Notes under the pieces: model-generated
Databases searched by the model: none
Told to the model about the DNA's origin: nothing
What the model saw: only the letters and a program-made list of their open reading frames with translations
Shown here: piece by piece, positions 27,515 through 37,866 of the stretch
Numbering within the stretch: position 1 is the first letter of the stretch
Layout of the letters: every line of letters starts with the position of its first letter
Source: Acidobacteriota bacterium
Lineage (GTDB): Bacteria; Acidobacteriota; UBA890; WLXD01
Assembly (NCBI GenBank): GCA_965248695.1
Contig: CBDFKD010000002.1
Span: forward strand, 3,840,001 to 3,904,000
Length of the DNA: 64,000 nt
Direction of reading: 5' to 3'
Made by a program: the position numbers and the translations under genes

Positions 27515-29560
27515 CTACTCGCGGGTTGCGTCGTCTGCCTCGGAGTCGATGAGCCGCACGGCCCAGAGGCCGGAGTGGTCATCGGAGAAGAAGATGTTGC
27601 CCTTGTACGGCTGCGCTCCCCACACCAGCGGATAGTTCGGAACGAAGCCCTTTGGGTCGAGCGACTTGAAGTAGGCGACCTCGCGCCCTTGGCGGTACAG
27701 ATCGCCCATCAACTCCCCCGAGATGTCCACGATCCGCAAGCCGCCCTCGTAGTAGGCGACGTACATGAGGTCGTCTTCTACCCAAATGTTGTGGGTTCCG
27801 GCCTCCGGTACCTCGTAACGCGCCACCTCCCTGGGATTGTCCCAGTCGTCCCATTCGATGATGTGGATCCAACCCTTGAAGCGCTCCGGCTCGTTTTCGT
27901 AGCCGGGTGTGCCCTCGCTGAACTCCGGCCTGCCTGGCCGGCCGCGCGCGGCTTCGTCCCCGGCGATGACGTATCGCTTGCCCGTCGACTTGCTGATATA
28001 CGGGACCGCGGCGTGGTTCCAGCCGCCCGGATACACGTAGCTGCCGAGCATGACCGGGTTTCGCGGCGAGCCGCCCTTGCCGCCACCACCGACATCCACC
28101 GCCACGACGCCGTCGTCCCAGTTGGATGAGTAAGCGATCCCGTCCTCGACCCAGACGTCGTGGATGGAATGCCCTGGAGTGTCGAGCTCGAAGCTGCCGA
28201 CTCGGTGGGGGTTGCCAGGATCCTCGATGTTGATGATGTCGTAGCGCTGGCCGGCCGACAGCGCGTAGACGTGGTTGTCGTACAGGAAGACGTTGTGGAC
28301 CCCGCCGGTGAGCTGGTCGTCGAAGCGCGACAGCACCCGCACACCCTCCGTCGGGTTCGACACGTCGAGGATCACGAGGCCGTTGCGCCGGTCGGAGGCG
28401 CCCTCGCGACTCATCACGCCGATCCGCCCATCGGCGGAGATCTTGACGTCGTTGACCGTGCGCGCATCCACCAGGATGACGTCGACGATCTTCATGTTCG
28501 ACGGGTCGGTCACATCCCAGAAGTAGGCGTGCCCCTCGGCACCCCAGGTGCCCATGATGGCGTAGTCGCGGCCGTCCGCCGCTTCCCACACCCAGAAGTC
28601 GGAGGTGAAGCGATCGCGGACCGGACCATGTCCGACGAGCTCGATGCCGCGCCTGGCGTTGCGCGGCTCGATGCTCACCGTGCGCACCGCAGATTGGCCG
28701 CCGGACACGGCAACGATGGTGTAGTCGCCCGGTAGGTCGGCCACGAAGCGACCGTCCTGAGCGATCATGCCCGACGGCGGCTCTCCGTTTCCCTGCGCGA
28801 TGGTGTCGGCGCGGAACGTGTAAAGGACGGGGGCCTCGGGCACCGGGTCCCCGCTCGCGTCGCGTGGGGTTGCGGCGAAGCGGATAACGTCGCCGGTGCG
28901 GGCGCCACCCGTCTGCGCGTCGAGTGTCACCGCCGCCACCGGGTTGGCCTCGACGGCAATCGCCAGGCTGACTGTCGCGTCGTCGAGCCGCGCCATCACA
29001 CGGGTGCGGCCCTCGGTCACCAGCCTCAGGTAGCCGCGCTCGTCGATCGTGGCCACAGAGGGGTCGTCCGTGGAGTACTGAGCCGTCGCGTCGGGGCGGA
29101 CGCTGCCGTCGGCGGTCGTGGCGTTGACCGTTAGGCGAACGGTCGAGCCGGCGTAGTAGCGCGTCGGAGGCGTCGCGAAGGCCAGCGCGGTGACCGCCGG
29201 CGTCGCGATCGTCACTTGCACGCGGGCTTCGAAAAGCGCTGCGGGATCCGAGCCGGCACCGTCCTCGTCGGGAACCCGCACGACGATCGTGAACTGGCCC
29301 GGGCTGAGCGCCTCGACCTCGCCGCTCGGGCTTACCGCGACGTCGCGGCGGGACATCGACAAATAGAGCACTGGCAGGCTCAGTGGGGTGCCGCTGGCGT
29401 CGACTACGACCGCCTCGATCTGTGCCTTGTCGCCGACATCGAGCGCGAGCTCTGGGGGCTGCACTCGCAGCTCTGCCGCCGGGGCTTGCTGACCCCGGGC
29501 TTCGTGGGCGGCTGTCGTGGCAAGCAACGCCGTGATCAGAACCAGCGATTGAACCCTCAT
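27515..29560 (-). CDS. Exported Ig-like (Big_2) + LVIVD-repeat beta-propeller protein (paralog 1)
   Basis: Signal peptide, Ig-like repeats, then SDFWVWE..DGRDYA, VNDVKI, GVHNVF, IHDVWV, WNHAA, THNIWV, GGLRIVDIS. Confidence 0.8.
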   Translation of the reverse strand: MRVQSLVLITALLATTAAHEARGQQAPAAELRVQPPELALDVGDKAQIEAVVVDASGTPLSLPVLYLSMSRRDVAVSPSGEVEALSPGQFTIVVRVPDEDGAGSDPAALFEARVQVTIATPAVTALAFATPPTRYYAGSTVRLTVNATTADGSVRPDATAQYSTDDPSVATIDERGYLRLVTEGRTRVMARLDDATVSLAIAVEANPVAAVTLDAQTGGARTGDVIRFAATPRDASGDPVPEAPVLYTFRADTIAQGNGEPPSGMIAQDGRFVADLPGDYTIVAVSGGQSAVRTVSIEPRNARRGIELVGHGPVRDRFTSDFWVWEAADGRDYAIMGTWGAEGHAYFWDVTDPSNMKIVDVILVDARTVNDVKISADGRIGVMSREGASDRRNGLVILDVSNPTEGVRVLSRFDDQLTGGVHNVFLYDNHVYALSAGQRYDIINIEDPGNPHRVGSFELDTPGHSIHDVWVEDGIAYSSNWDDGVVAVDVGGGGKGGSPRNPVMLGSYVYPGGWNHAAVPYISKSTGKRYVIAGDEAARGRPGRPEFSEGTPGYENEPERFKGWIHIIEWDDWDNPREVARYEVPEAGTHNIWVEDDLMYVAYYEGGLRIVDISGELMGDLYRQGREVAYFKSLDPKGFVPNYPLVWGAQPYKGNIFFSDDHSGLWAVRLIDSEADDATRE

Positions 29561-29770
29561 CGAAGCTCTCCTTTGGGGCCGTCTGTACACGCGTCGGCTC
29601 GACGGCTTGATTCTACTGACTCGAACGTACGGGGTCGCCATCCGGAGCCACTCGTTGACTGGTCGTGGGAGCGCTGTATATTCGCGACGATCCCGCGCCT
29701 CCTGCACAACGAGGCGCGGCCACGGGGTTTCTTTCGTCGCACGGTAGTCGCCGGCTGGCAGGAGTCTCCT

Positions 29771-31339
29771 ATGCAGCGTCACAGAAGCGCACGATTCGCG
29801 GTGGTCACATTGGCGCTCCTTGTTACCGCGGCTACGTGTGCCCCGCCAACGACAACGTCGCCCCGGACGTTCATTCTCAACGCGCGGGTCATCGATGGCA
29901 CCGGCAGCCCATCGCAGCAGATCGGGGTGCGCATCGAGGGCACTCGGATCTCGGCCATCGGGGCACTGAGACCTCGGCCGGAGGACATTGTCGTCGACGC
30001 CTCAGGCCTGACGCTGGTGCCAGGTTTCATCGACCCACACAGCCATCACGATCGCGGCCTGATCGACGAGATGCCCGAGGCGCGCGCGCTCGTCAGCCAG
30101 GGGACGACGACGATCGTTGCCGGGCAGGACGGCGGCCAGCAGTATCCGTTGGCGGAGTTCTTTGGGCGCCTCGAAGACACACCGGTGGCAGTCAACGTGG
30201 CCTCGTACGCCGGGCACGGCGTTATCCGGGGCCGGGTGATGGGCGACGACTACATGCGCCCGTCTACCTCGGACGAGTTGCAGCAGATGGAGGCGCTGCT
30301 GCAGGCCGAGATGGAAGCCGGTGCGCTGGGGCTCGGCAGCGGGCTCGAGTACGACCCCGGCAGCTTCTCGACCCCCGAGGAGGTCGTGGCGCTGGCGAAA
30401 GTCGCGGCCGGCTACGGTGGACGCTACATCAGCCATTTCCGTAGCGAGGACCAGTACTTCTGGGAGGCGGTCGACGAGATCATCAACATCGGCCGCGAAG
30501 CCGACCTGCCGGTGCAGATATCGCACATCAAGCTGGCAATGCCGCGCTGGTGGGGTCAATCGGACCGCCTGGTCGGGATCCTCGACGAGGCCCGCGCCTC
30601 GGGCGTAGACATCACCGCCGACATCTATCCGTATGCTGCCTGGCAGACGGGCTTCCGGTGGCTGCTGACCGTGTTCCCGGATCGCGACCCGGACAGCCGC
30701 GAGGGTGCCGAGTACGTTCTCCAGGAGATGCTGTCGCCGGAGGGCGTGCTGCTGGCGCGCTACCCGGCGCAGCCGGAGTACAACGGACTGACGGTGGCCG
30801 ACGTAGCTGCACAACGCGGCGACGATCCGACGACGACGCTGATGAGCCTGCTGAAGGCCGACGTCGAGTTCGCCCGGCAAGGAGGCGAGGCGGCGCCGCG
30901 ATCGTCGATGCTGGGCTTCGCCATGCAGGAACCGGACATCGAGGCGATCATGAAATGGCCGCTCACCGTGATCTGCAGCGACGGCGGCTTGGCCGGGGCT
31001 CACCCGCGCGGCTACGGCACGTTCACCAGGTTCCTGGGGCACTATGTCCGCGACCGCGGAATCATGAGCCTCGAAGAAGGCGTGCACCGGATCACCGCGC
31101 TGACCGCAAAGCACCTGGGGATCGTGGATCGCGGCACCATCGACGCCGGAGCCTACGCCGACCTCGTGCTGTTCGATCCGGACACGGTCATCGATCGGTC
31201 CACCGTCGTCGAGCCCCACCTCGCGTCGGATGGCATCCACACCGTTTGGGTCAACGGCCAGATCGTCTACGAGAACGGAGAGACCACCGACAATCGGCCG
31301 GGCGTGCCGCTTCGTCGGGAACTGTCAGGAGGGGAGTGA
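29771..31339 (+). CDS. N-acyl-D-amino-acid deacylase (D-aminoacylase) family
   Basis: PGFIDPHSHHD, GLEYDPG, ISHFR, SHIK, CSDGG...HPRGYGTF, ADLVLFDP. Confidence 0.9.
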   Translation: MQRHRSARFAVVTLALLVTAATCAPPTTTSPRTFILNARVIDGTGSPSQQIGVRIEGTRISAIGALRPRPEDIVVDASGLTLVPGFIDPHSHHDRGLIDEMPEARALVSQGTTTIVAGQDGGQQYPLAEFFGRLEDTPVAVNVASYAGHGVIRGRVMGDDYMRPSTSDELQQMEALLQAEMEAGALGLGSGLEYDPGSFSTPEEVVALAKVAAGYGGRYISHFRSEDQYFWEAVDEIINIGREADLPVQISHIKLAMPRWWGQSDRLVGILDEARASGVDITADIYPYAAWQTGFRWLLTVFPDRDPDSREGAEYVLQEMLSPEGVLLARYPAQPEYNGLTVADVAAQRGDDPTTTLMSLLKADVEFARQGGEAAPRSSMLGFAMQEPDIEAIMKWPLTVICSDGGLAGAHPRGYGTFTRFLGHYVRDRGIMSLEEGVHRITALTAKHLGIVDRGTIDAGAYADLVLFDPDTVIDRSTVVEPHLASDGIHTVWVNGQIVYENGETTDNRPGVPLRRELSGGE

Positions 31340-32499
31340 TGGAGCGAGGAATGACGCGTCGACAGGCAGCGAAGACGGGGGCCCTGGCGGCCGGCTCGAT
31401 GGTCGTGGGTGTTCCGCGCTGGGCGCTGGCGGCGATGTCGCAGGAGCAGGAGGTGCCGTTCACCGACATGCCGGACGGCTTCGAGACCGATCCGACTGCG
31501 ATCGTCCGCTTCGTCGACATCCGCCGCATCGACGAGTTCTTCACCCCGGCCGACGAGTTCTTCACCATTCAGCACTACGGCCAGCCTGATATCGACGTGG
31601 CAACCCATGCGGTCGAGATCAGTGGGCTGGTGACACGACCGCAGGCGCTTTCGGTGGCCGACATCCGCCGTCGACCACGCACCGAGATTGCCTGTGCGTT
31701 CGAGTGCTCCGGCAACAGCCGGCGGCGGTTCAACGGGCTGATCAGCAACGGACTCTGGGGTGGCACCAGCCTGCGGGGGGTGCTCGACGACGTCGGTGTC
31801 GAACCGCACGGCAAGGAAGTCGTGTTCTTCGGTGCTGATACCGGCACGGAGACGATCGAGAGCCGCGGCAACAGCTGGCAGGTGGACCAGCAGTACGCCC
31901 GCAGCCTGTCGCTGGAGGACGCCATGCGCGACGACGCATTGCTGGCGTACGAGCTCAACGGTGAGCCCCTGAGCCTCAATCAGGGCTCCCCGCTACGGTT
32001 GATCGTGCCGGGCTGGTACGGCGTGGCGCAGGTGAAGTGGCTCAATCAGATCCACGTGCAAACGGACCGATTCATGGGCAAGTTCATGGCTCGTGAGTAC
32101 GTCACGCTGACCGCCGAGCAGGTGGGCGAGAGCGTCAAGTACACCGAGACGTCGATCACTCGCATTCAGCTGAAGTCGGCGATCGCGAAAGTCACCCGCG
32201 GCGCGGGCCATCACACGATTCACGGCTTCGCGCTCAACGACGGCACGCCGCTGCGTTCGGTCGAGGTGAAGGTCGACGATGGTCCCTGGCGGCCGGCTAC
32301 CCTCGATGAGCGCAACACGAAGTACTCATGGAAGCTCTTCTCGGTTCGCTGGGAAGGCGCCACGCCCGGAGAGCACACGATCGTGTCGCGCGCTACGGAT
32401 GTGAACGGCACGGTGCAACCGGTGCTGGGAGATCTGGCCGAGAAGCGCACTAGCTGGGAGAACAACGCCCAGTTCGCCCGCACCGTGATGATCTCCTGA
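31339..32499 (+). CDS. Sulfite oxidase family molybdoenzyme, Tat-exported
   Basis: TRRQAA twin-arginine signal; FFTIQHY, ECSGN, LAYELNGEPL...GSPLRLIVPGWYG...VKWL; C-terminal Ig-like dimerization domain. Confidence 0.88.
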   Translation: MERGMTRRQAAKTGALAAGSMVVGVPRWALAAMSQEQEVPFTDMPDGFETDPTAIVRFVDIRRIDEFFTPADEFFTIQHYGQPDIDVATHAVEISGLVTRPQALSVADIRRRPRTEIACAFECSGNSRRRFNGLISNGLWGGTSLRGVLDDVGVEPHGKEVVFFGADTGTETIESRGNSWQVDQQYARSLSLEDAMRDDALLAYELNGEPLSLNQGSPLRLIVPGWYGVAQVKWLNQIHVQTDRFMGKFMAREYVTLTAEQVGESVKYTETSITRIQLKSAIAKVTRGAGHHTIHGFALNDGTPLRSVEVKVDDGPWRPATLDERNTKYSWKLFSVRWEGATPGEHTIVSRATDVNGTVQPVLGDLAEKRTSWENNAQFARTVMIS

Positions 32500-32595
32500 T
32501 GCCGAGATTTCGGAACACCGCGTTCGGCAGGCCTACGCGGTAACCGCGCTGCTGTCGTGCCTTTCGACTCAACCCTGACGCTTGGTGGAGTTCCG

Positions 32596-33012
32596 TCACC
32601 GAGCGTCCCGGAACGGATCCGCGATGCAAACGCCGTCGAAGTTCTGCCCGTGGCTCAGATCCTCGGTGAGGACCTCGTCGCACCGAAGAGACCGCGCAGC
32701 CTCGATGATTGCGGCGTCCCATAGCGATATCTTCCACCGCTGACAGGCTCGAATGGCGCGCAACAGCAGCGGCGCCGTCATCTCTTGGATTGGGAATCGC
32801 ATCCACCCCTGAACGAACACTGTCGCCGCATCGTGGGACAGGCGGCACCCCCCTAGGGGATGCGTCGCACGCGCGTAGAACTCCTTGAGCACCTGGACTG
32901 ACAAGCACAGATCGCGCGCTCGTAGAACCTCTTGCGCCCTACAACGCTTGGCGTCCTCATTAGCCCGGATGCTGGTCGCGTAGAGGAGAATGTTGGTATC
33001 AACGAAACGCAT
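32596..33012 (-). CDS. vapC: PIN-domain toxin (VapC)
   Basis: FVDTNILLY, SVQVLKEF, SLWDAAII, LTEDL.HGQ. Confidence 0.88.
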   Translation of the reverse strand: MRFVDTNILLYATSIRANEDAKRCRAQEVLRARDLCLSVQVLKEFYARATHPLGGCRLSHDAATVFVQGWMRFPIQEMTAPLLLRAIRACQRWKISLWDAAIIEAARSLRCDEVLTEDLSHGQNFDGVCIADPFRDAR

Positions 33013-33253
33013 CACGGTCGTGTAGTTGCTCGCGCGTCATGCGCTTGGAGGTGTCGATCCCTCCTCCTTCACGATCAAGCTTGGCGAACATCTGTTCCTG
33101 TAGCTGGAAGAGTCTGTCGAACTCGTCCTCGTCATGCGCCAGTCCTTCCAGGAACCCGCGCACGAGGGCGCTTACGGAGGTGCTTTTCCGTGCTGCGGCG
33201 ACGCGGGCGGCGCGGTAGACGTCATCTGGGACGGCCAAGGTTATGTTTTTCAC
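32999..33253 (-). CDS. RHH antitoxin (VapB-type)
   Basis: From GTG 33253: MKNITLAVPDDVYRAARVAAARKSTSVSALVRGFL...MTREQLHDR; overlaps vapC. Confidence 0.8.
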   Translation of the reverse strand: MKNITLAVPDDVYRAARVAAARKSTSVSALVRGFLEGLAHDEDEFDRLFQLQEQMFAKLDREGGGIDTSKRMTREQLHDRDAFR

Positions 33254-33267
33254 AGTTACACAGTCTA
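33251..33267 (-). promoter_or_regulatory. -10 box and tandem operator-like repeat of the vapBC pair
   Basis: TAGACT 8 nt upstream of the GTG start; ACTGTG repeated twice (33251-33256, 33259-33264) over the -10 and start codon. Confidence 0.45.
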
Positions 33268-33415
33268 CGATCACCGCTTTGCCCCCGACAAGCTGCTCAG
33301 CCATCCTTTCTTTGGCAGCGCGCACGTGTTTGTCCCGCGGCAGCCTGGCGGCAGATCTGCCACAATCGCCTCGGCCGCTGAACGATCCGTTGCACCAACA
33401 CGAGGCGCCGTCACA

Positions 33416-34819
33416 ATGAGACGACCCTGGGCCGTGGTTTTCTTGACGCTGCTGGTGACCACGCCGCTGGTGCAAGCATCCGGCGCGTCGTCGCGATCGA
33501 GCCAGAGCGACCTCGCACTGGAGCTGCTGCGCGAGCTGGTGGAGATTCGCTCCAGCGAGGCGTTTCCGGAGAACACCGCGCGGCTGCTGGAAGGCCTGGC
33601 CAAGCGTCTGGTCGCGGCGGGCTTCGCGGAGGACGAGATCACTTTCGTCGACGCCGGTCGATCCAATCTTGTGGTCCGGTACCCGGGCACTGGCAACCGC
33701 GCGCCGCTGCTGACCATGGCCCACGTGGATGTCGTCGACGCCGATCCGGAATCGTGGCAGGCCGATCCGTTCACCCTGGCCGAGATCGACGGCTACTACT
33801 ACGGCCGCGGAACCACCGACAACAAGGCCGGCGTGGTGGCGCTGGTGGCCAACTTCATCCGCCTGCGGCAGGAGGGCTACGAGCCGGATCGCGATCTCAT
33901 CATGGTGCTCACCGGCAACGAAGAGAGCACCATGGCCGGGATCGAGCACCTGGCTCAACAACGCCGCGAGTTGCTCGACGCCGAGCTTGCCCTGAACACC
34001 GACTCCGGTGGTGGGGTGTTCGATACCAACGGTGAGCCCTCGACCTTCATGATCCAGATGGCAGAGAAGCGTTATCAGACGTTCGAGCTGGAGGCGACGA
34101 ATCCGGGCGGTCACAGCTCACTGCCGCGCCCCGACAATGCGATCTACGATCTCGCCGGTGCGCTCGTGAAGTTGCAGCATTACCAGTTCCCGATCGACGT
34201 CACCGAGATCGCTCGCGAGGGCTTCCGTGTCGCTGGTGAGCGCACGGCTGGCGATGAAGGCGAGCTGCTCCGCGCGGCCGGAACGGAGAACCCGGATCCC
34301 GATGCCCTGCGCCGGCTCGCTGCCGCCGATCCGTGGGCAAACTCGACCATGCGCACCACCTGTGTTGCCACCATGCTGGCGGCGGGCGTGGCCGAGAACG
34401 CCCTGGCGCGTGCCGCCAAGGCGACGGTCAACTGCCGCATTCTTCCCGGGGTAGAGCCGACTCAGGTCATGGCGACGCTGCGGGAGGTGATTGCCGACGA
34501 GTCGATCGACATCCGACCGGTGCAGAGCGGTGGACAGGTAGCCAGCCCACCATCGCCACTTCGCGACGACGTCGTGGAGCCGGTGCGGGAGCTGGTGGAC
34601 GCGATTTGGCCAGGTGCGGTGGTGGCCCCGGAGCAGGCCACCTATGCCACCGACGGCCTGCACGTGCGCAACATAGGTATACCGGTATACGGCGTGTCGG
34701 GGCTATTCGGAGATTTCGGCGATAGCCGTGCCCACGGGCTCGACGAGCGCGTACGCGTCGACGCGTTCCACGACTCGATCGAGTTCTGGTACCGATTGCT
34801 CAAGCGCTTCAGTAGCTGA
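33416..34819 (+). CDS. M20/M25/M40 family metallopeptidase, exported
   Basis: AHVDVV, GRGTTDNK, GNEE, GGHSS, ATDG, HGLDER. Confidence 0.9.
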   Translation: MRRPWAVVFLTLLVTTPLVQASGASSRSSQSDLALELLRELVEIRSSEAFPENTARLLEGLAKRLVAAGFAEDEITFVDAGRSNLVVRYPGTGNRAPLLTMAHVDVVDADPESWQADPFTLAEIDGYYYGRGTTDNKAGVVALVANFIRLRQEGYEPDRDLIMVLTGNEESTMAGIEHLAQQRRELLDAELALNTDSGGGVFDTNGEPSTFMIQMAEKRYQTFELEATNPGGHSSLPRPDNAIYDLAGALVKLQHYQFPIDVTEIAREGFRVAGERTAGDEGELLRAAGTENPDPDALRRLAAADPWANSTMRTTCVATMLAAGVAENALARAAKATVNCRILPGVEPTQVMATLREVIADESIDIRPVQSGGQVASPPSPLRDDVVEPVRELVDAIWPGAVVAPEQATYATDGLHVRNIGIPVYGVSGLFGDFGDSRAHGLDERVRVDAFHDSIEFWYRLLKRFSS

Positions 34820-34892
34820 GGTGGACCCTGCCGAGCTCCTGTGCCCACGATGCTCGGGGCGAACGGAGCCGACCGATAAGCGGGAGGTAACG

Positions 34893-35849
34893 ATGAGTGT
34901 CAGAACGGCGAGCTGCGCGGTGTTGTCGGCCTTGGTACTTGCGGCCGGGCTCGGCGCAGCGGCAGATGCGCGCGCATCGCAGGAGCCCCTTTTCGTGGTC
35001 CCCGAGATCCAGATACACCGGATGCATTCGGAGCACGTCGACCAGGAGTTCGAGATCCACGTCGGGGTGCCGGTTAGTCGCCGCGACGGCTCGGAGCGTT
35101 TTCCGGTGCTCTATATGACCGATTCGCAGGGCGGGCTGTCGTTCGCTGAAGACACGCGCCTCATGCAGACTCTCGGGGATCTAAAGAGCTTCATCATGGT
35201 CGGCATCGGCTACCCCGGCGAGAACCTGCTCAGCGGCATGCGTGTGCGTTGGCGAGATCTCACGCAGGCGGAGTACTCCGGCGAGCCCATCCCGGACGTC
35301 TGGGACGCCGTGGTGCCAGGTGTGCTGGCGGCGACCGACAAGGAATCGGGGGGCGCACCAGAGTTCCTGCGCTTTCTCCGCGATGAGCTGGTTCCTTTCA
35401 TCGATGCGAACTACCCGACTGTTCCGGGCGACCGCGGCTACTGGGGCGACTCACTCGGTGGTCTGTTTGGCCTCTACGCGATGTTTACCGAGCCGGATGT
35501 CTTCAACCGCTACATCATCGGTAGCCCGTCGATCTGGTGGAACGACGAGCTCCTCCTGCAGCAGGCGGAGGAGTTCATCGCCCACAACGACGAGCTTCAC
35601 GCCAAGGTGTTCATGGCGGTCGGAGGCCTGGAGGAGCTTGCCGGCGAAGACGCCGCCTTCCGGATGGTTACCAACGTCGGCCGGTTGGAGCGCATGCTGC
35701 TCGACGCGGATCTCGAAGGCCTCGAGCTCTCGACGCACGTTTTCGGCGACGAGACGCACCTAACGGTCTTTCCACTCAACTACCACCGCGGCGTACAGAT
35801 GGTCTACGGTCGTGGGCGGAACATCTTCGAAGCTCTTAGCGAGCAGTAA
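34893..35849 (+). CDS. Alpha/beta hydrolase, IroE/BesA-like esterase, exported
   Basis: GGGAGG RBS; FPVLYMTD, RWRDLT, GGAPEFLRFL.DEL.PFI, GDSLGG, SPSIWW, ETH. Confidence 0.85.
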   Translation: MSVRTASCAVLSALVLAAGLGAAADARASQEPLFVVPEIQIHRMHSEHVDQEFEIHVGVPVSRRDGSERFPVLYMTDSQGGLSFAEDTRLMQTLGDLKSFIMVGIGYPGENLLSGMRVRWRDLTQAEYSGEPIPDVWDAVVPGVLAATDKESGGAPEFLRFLRDELVPFIDANYPTVPGDRGYWGDSLGGLFGLYAMFTEPDVFNRYIIGSPSIWWNDELLLQQAEEFIAHNDELHAKVFMAVGGLEELAGEDAAFRMVTNVGRLERMLLDADLEGLELSTHVFGDETHLTVFPLNYHRGVQMVYGRGRNIFEALSEQ

Positions 35850-35863
35850 ACAGGAGAACAGCA

Positions 35864-37864
35864 ATGTCGAAGACCGATCGTGAGCTCGGGATGGACCGGG
35901 AGATCAGCCGACGCGATTTCCTCAACGGCACAAGCGTTGCCATCGGCGGTGCCAGCGCAGTTGGCGCCACCGGCCTGGCGGCATCGACGGCCCGTGCCAG
36001 CGAGTCGGCCGGCGCGCCTGGCCTGACTGCCGAGGAGCCGGGAGAGTACTACCCACCGCGGCTCATGGGAATGCGCGGCAGCCATGAGGGCTCTTTCGAG
36101 GTAGCGCACGAGATGCGCTACGGCAAGACCTGGGACAACGCCGAGAACACCGGCGAGAGCTACGACCTGATCGTCGTCGGTGCCGGGCTCAGCGGGCTGG
36201 CCGCAGCGTACTTCTTCCGTAAGGCGCTGCCAGAGGCGAAGATCCTCCTGCTCGACAACCACGACGATTTCGGCGGTCACGCCAAGCGCAACGAGTTCAC
36301 CCTCGACGGCCGGCGCATCATCGGCTACGGCGGCACGATGATGATCCACGGCAAGAACAGTTATACGTACGAAGGCAAGTCGCTGCTGGAGGACATCGGC
36401 ATCGACGGTCCGCGTTTTCTGCGCAAGACCGAGCCCGATCGTAGCCTCTACAGTCGCATGGGCCTGGGCTCGGCCACCTTCTTCGACCGCGAGACCTTCG
36501 GTGCCGACCAGCTGGTGATCGGTCGGCCGAGGCGCAGCACGGAGCCCGACGAAGGCGGCACGCTCACCTGGGAGGAGTTCCTCGCCAAGACGCCGATGAC
36601 CGAGGCCGTCAAGAAGGACATGCTGCGCCTCTACGAGGACAAGCGCGACTACCTGCCCGGCTTGACGCCGGGGGAGAAGAAGGAGCGTTTGCGCCGGATC
36701 AGCTATCAGGACTACCTGCTCGAAGTGGTGAAAGCCGATCCGGGAGTCCTTCCGTACTTCATGCGGCTATCGCTCGGTGGCTCCAACGGCGCTGCTGGAA
36801 TCGACTCGTACAGCGCCTGGGGCGCGCTGCGGAGCGGCCGGTACCCGGCGCTGGACGGCCTGGGGCTCGAGCGCCCGTTGCGCAGCTGGCTGCCCGACGA
36901 CGACTTCGGCGAGAGCATCCACTTCCCGGATGGCAACGCCGGCGTCGCCCGCCTGATGGTCCGCTGGCTCAACCCGGCGGCACTTCCCGGCACCACGATG
37001 GAGGACTCGGTCACGCAGCCGGTGCGCTACGACAAGGTCGATGATCCAGCCAGCGCGGTGCGGATTCGCCTCAACAGCACGGTGGTGAACGTCGAGCACG
37101 TCGGCGAACGGCGATCCGCCAGCGAGGTCGAGGTGACGTACGTCCGCGACGGCAAGGCGTACCGAGCTCGCGGCAGCACCTGCGTGATGGCCTGCTACAA
37201 CGCCATGATCCCCTACCTGTGTCCGGAGTTTCCGGAGGAGCAGAAGGCAGCGCTGAAGATGGCGGTCCGCCAGCCGCTCGTCTACACCAACGTTCTGCTG
37301 CGCAACTGGAAGGCCTGGGCCGATCTGGGGATCCAGAGCTTCTACGCGCCGAGCGGATATCACACCAACACCAGTCTCGACTACGCCATCAGCCTCGGCG
37401 ACTACGTGTGCGCGCGCACCCCGGACGAACCGATGGTGCTGCATCTGAAGCGTGTGCCGATCGCTCCCGGGATGCCGGCGCGCGATCAGTTCCGCGCTGG
37501 TCGCGAAGACCTGCAGTCGACGCCGTTCGAGGTCTTCGAGCGCAACATCCGCGACGACCTCGGCCGCGCCCTGGCCGACGGTGGCTTCGACTCCGCCCGC
37601 GACATCGCGGCAATCACCGTCAATCGCTGGCCGCACGGATATGCCGGCGGTGCCAACGACCTGTACGACCCGGACTGGGGCTACGACGAGGTTCCCTGGG
37701 TTGTCGGGCGTCAGCGGTTCGGCCGCATCACGGTGGCCAACTCCGACGCCGCCGCAACCTGCCTGACCCACGCCGCCATCGATCAGGGGCACCGAGCGGT
37801 GCAGGAGCTTCTCGGCGACGTTCTGCGGCCGGAGTTCCAGTATCCCTGGGCCGAGCGCACCTGA
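35864..37864 (+). CDS. Spermidine dehydrogenase-like flavoprotein (SpdH family), Tat-exported
   Basis: ISRRDFLNG, YYPP.L.G.RGSH.GSF, VGAGLSGL, LDNHDDFGGHAKRNEF, HFPDGNA, ITVNRWPHGYA, AIDQGHRAV. Confidence 0.85.
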   Translation: MSKTDRELGMDREISRRDFLNGTSVAIGGASAVGATGLAASTARASESAGAPGLTAEEPGEYYPPRLMGMRGSHEGSFEVAHEMRYGKTWDNAENTGESYDLIVVGAGLSGLAAAYFFRKALPEAKILLLDNHDDFGGHAKRNEFTLDGRRIIGYGGTMMIHGKNSYTYEGKSLLEDIGIDGPRFLRKTEPDRSLYSRMGLGSATFFDRETFGADQLVIGRPRRSTEPDEGGTLTWEEFLAKTPMTEAVKKDMLRLYEDKRDYLPGLTPGEKKERLRRISYQDYLLEVVKADPGVLPYFMRLSLGGSNGAAGIDSYSAWGALRSGRYPALDGLGLERPLRSWLPDDDFGESIHFPDGNAGVARLMVRWLNPAALPGTTMEDSVTQPVRYDKVDDPASAVRIRLNSTVVNVEHVGERRSASEVEVTYVRDGKAYRARGSTCVMACYNAMIPYLCPEFPEEQKAALKMAVRQPLVYTNVLLRNWKAWADLGIQSFYAPSGYHTNTSLDYAISLGDYVCARTPDEPMVLHLKRVPIAPGMPARDQFRAGREDLQSTPFEVFERNIRDDLGRALADGGFDSARDIAAITVNRWPHGYAGGANDLYDPDWGYDEVPWVVGRQRFGRITVANSDAAATCLTHAAIDQGHRAVQELLGDVLRPEFQYPWAERT

Positions 37865-37866
37865 GC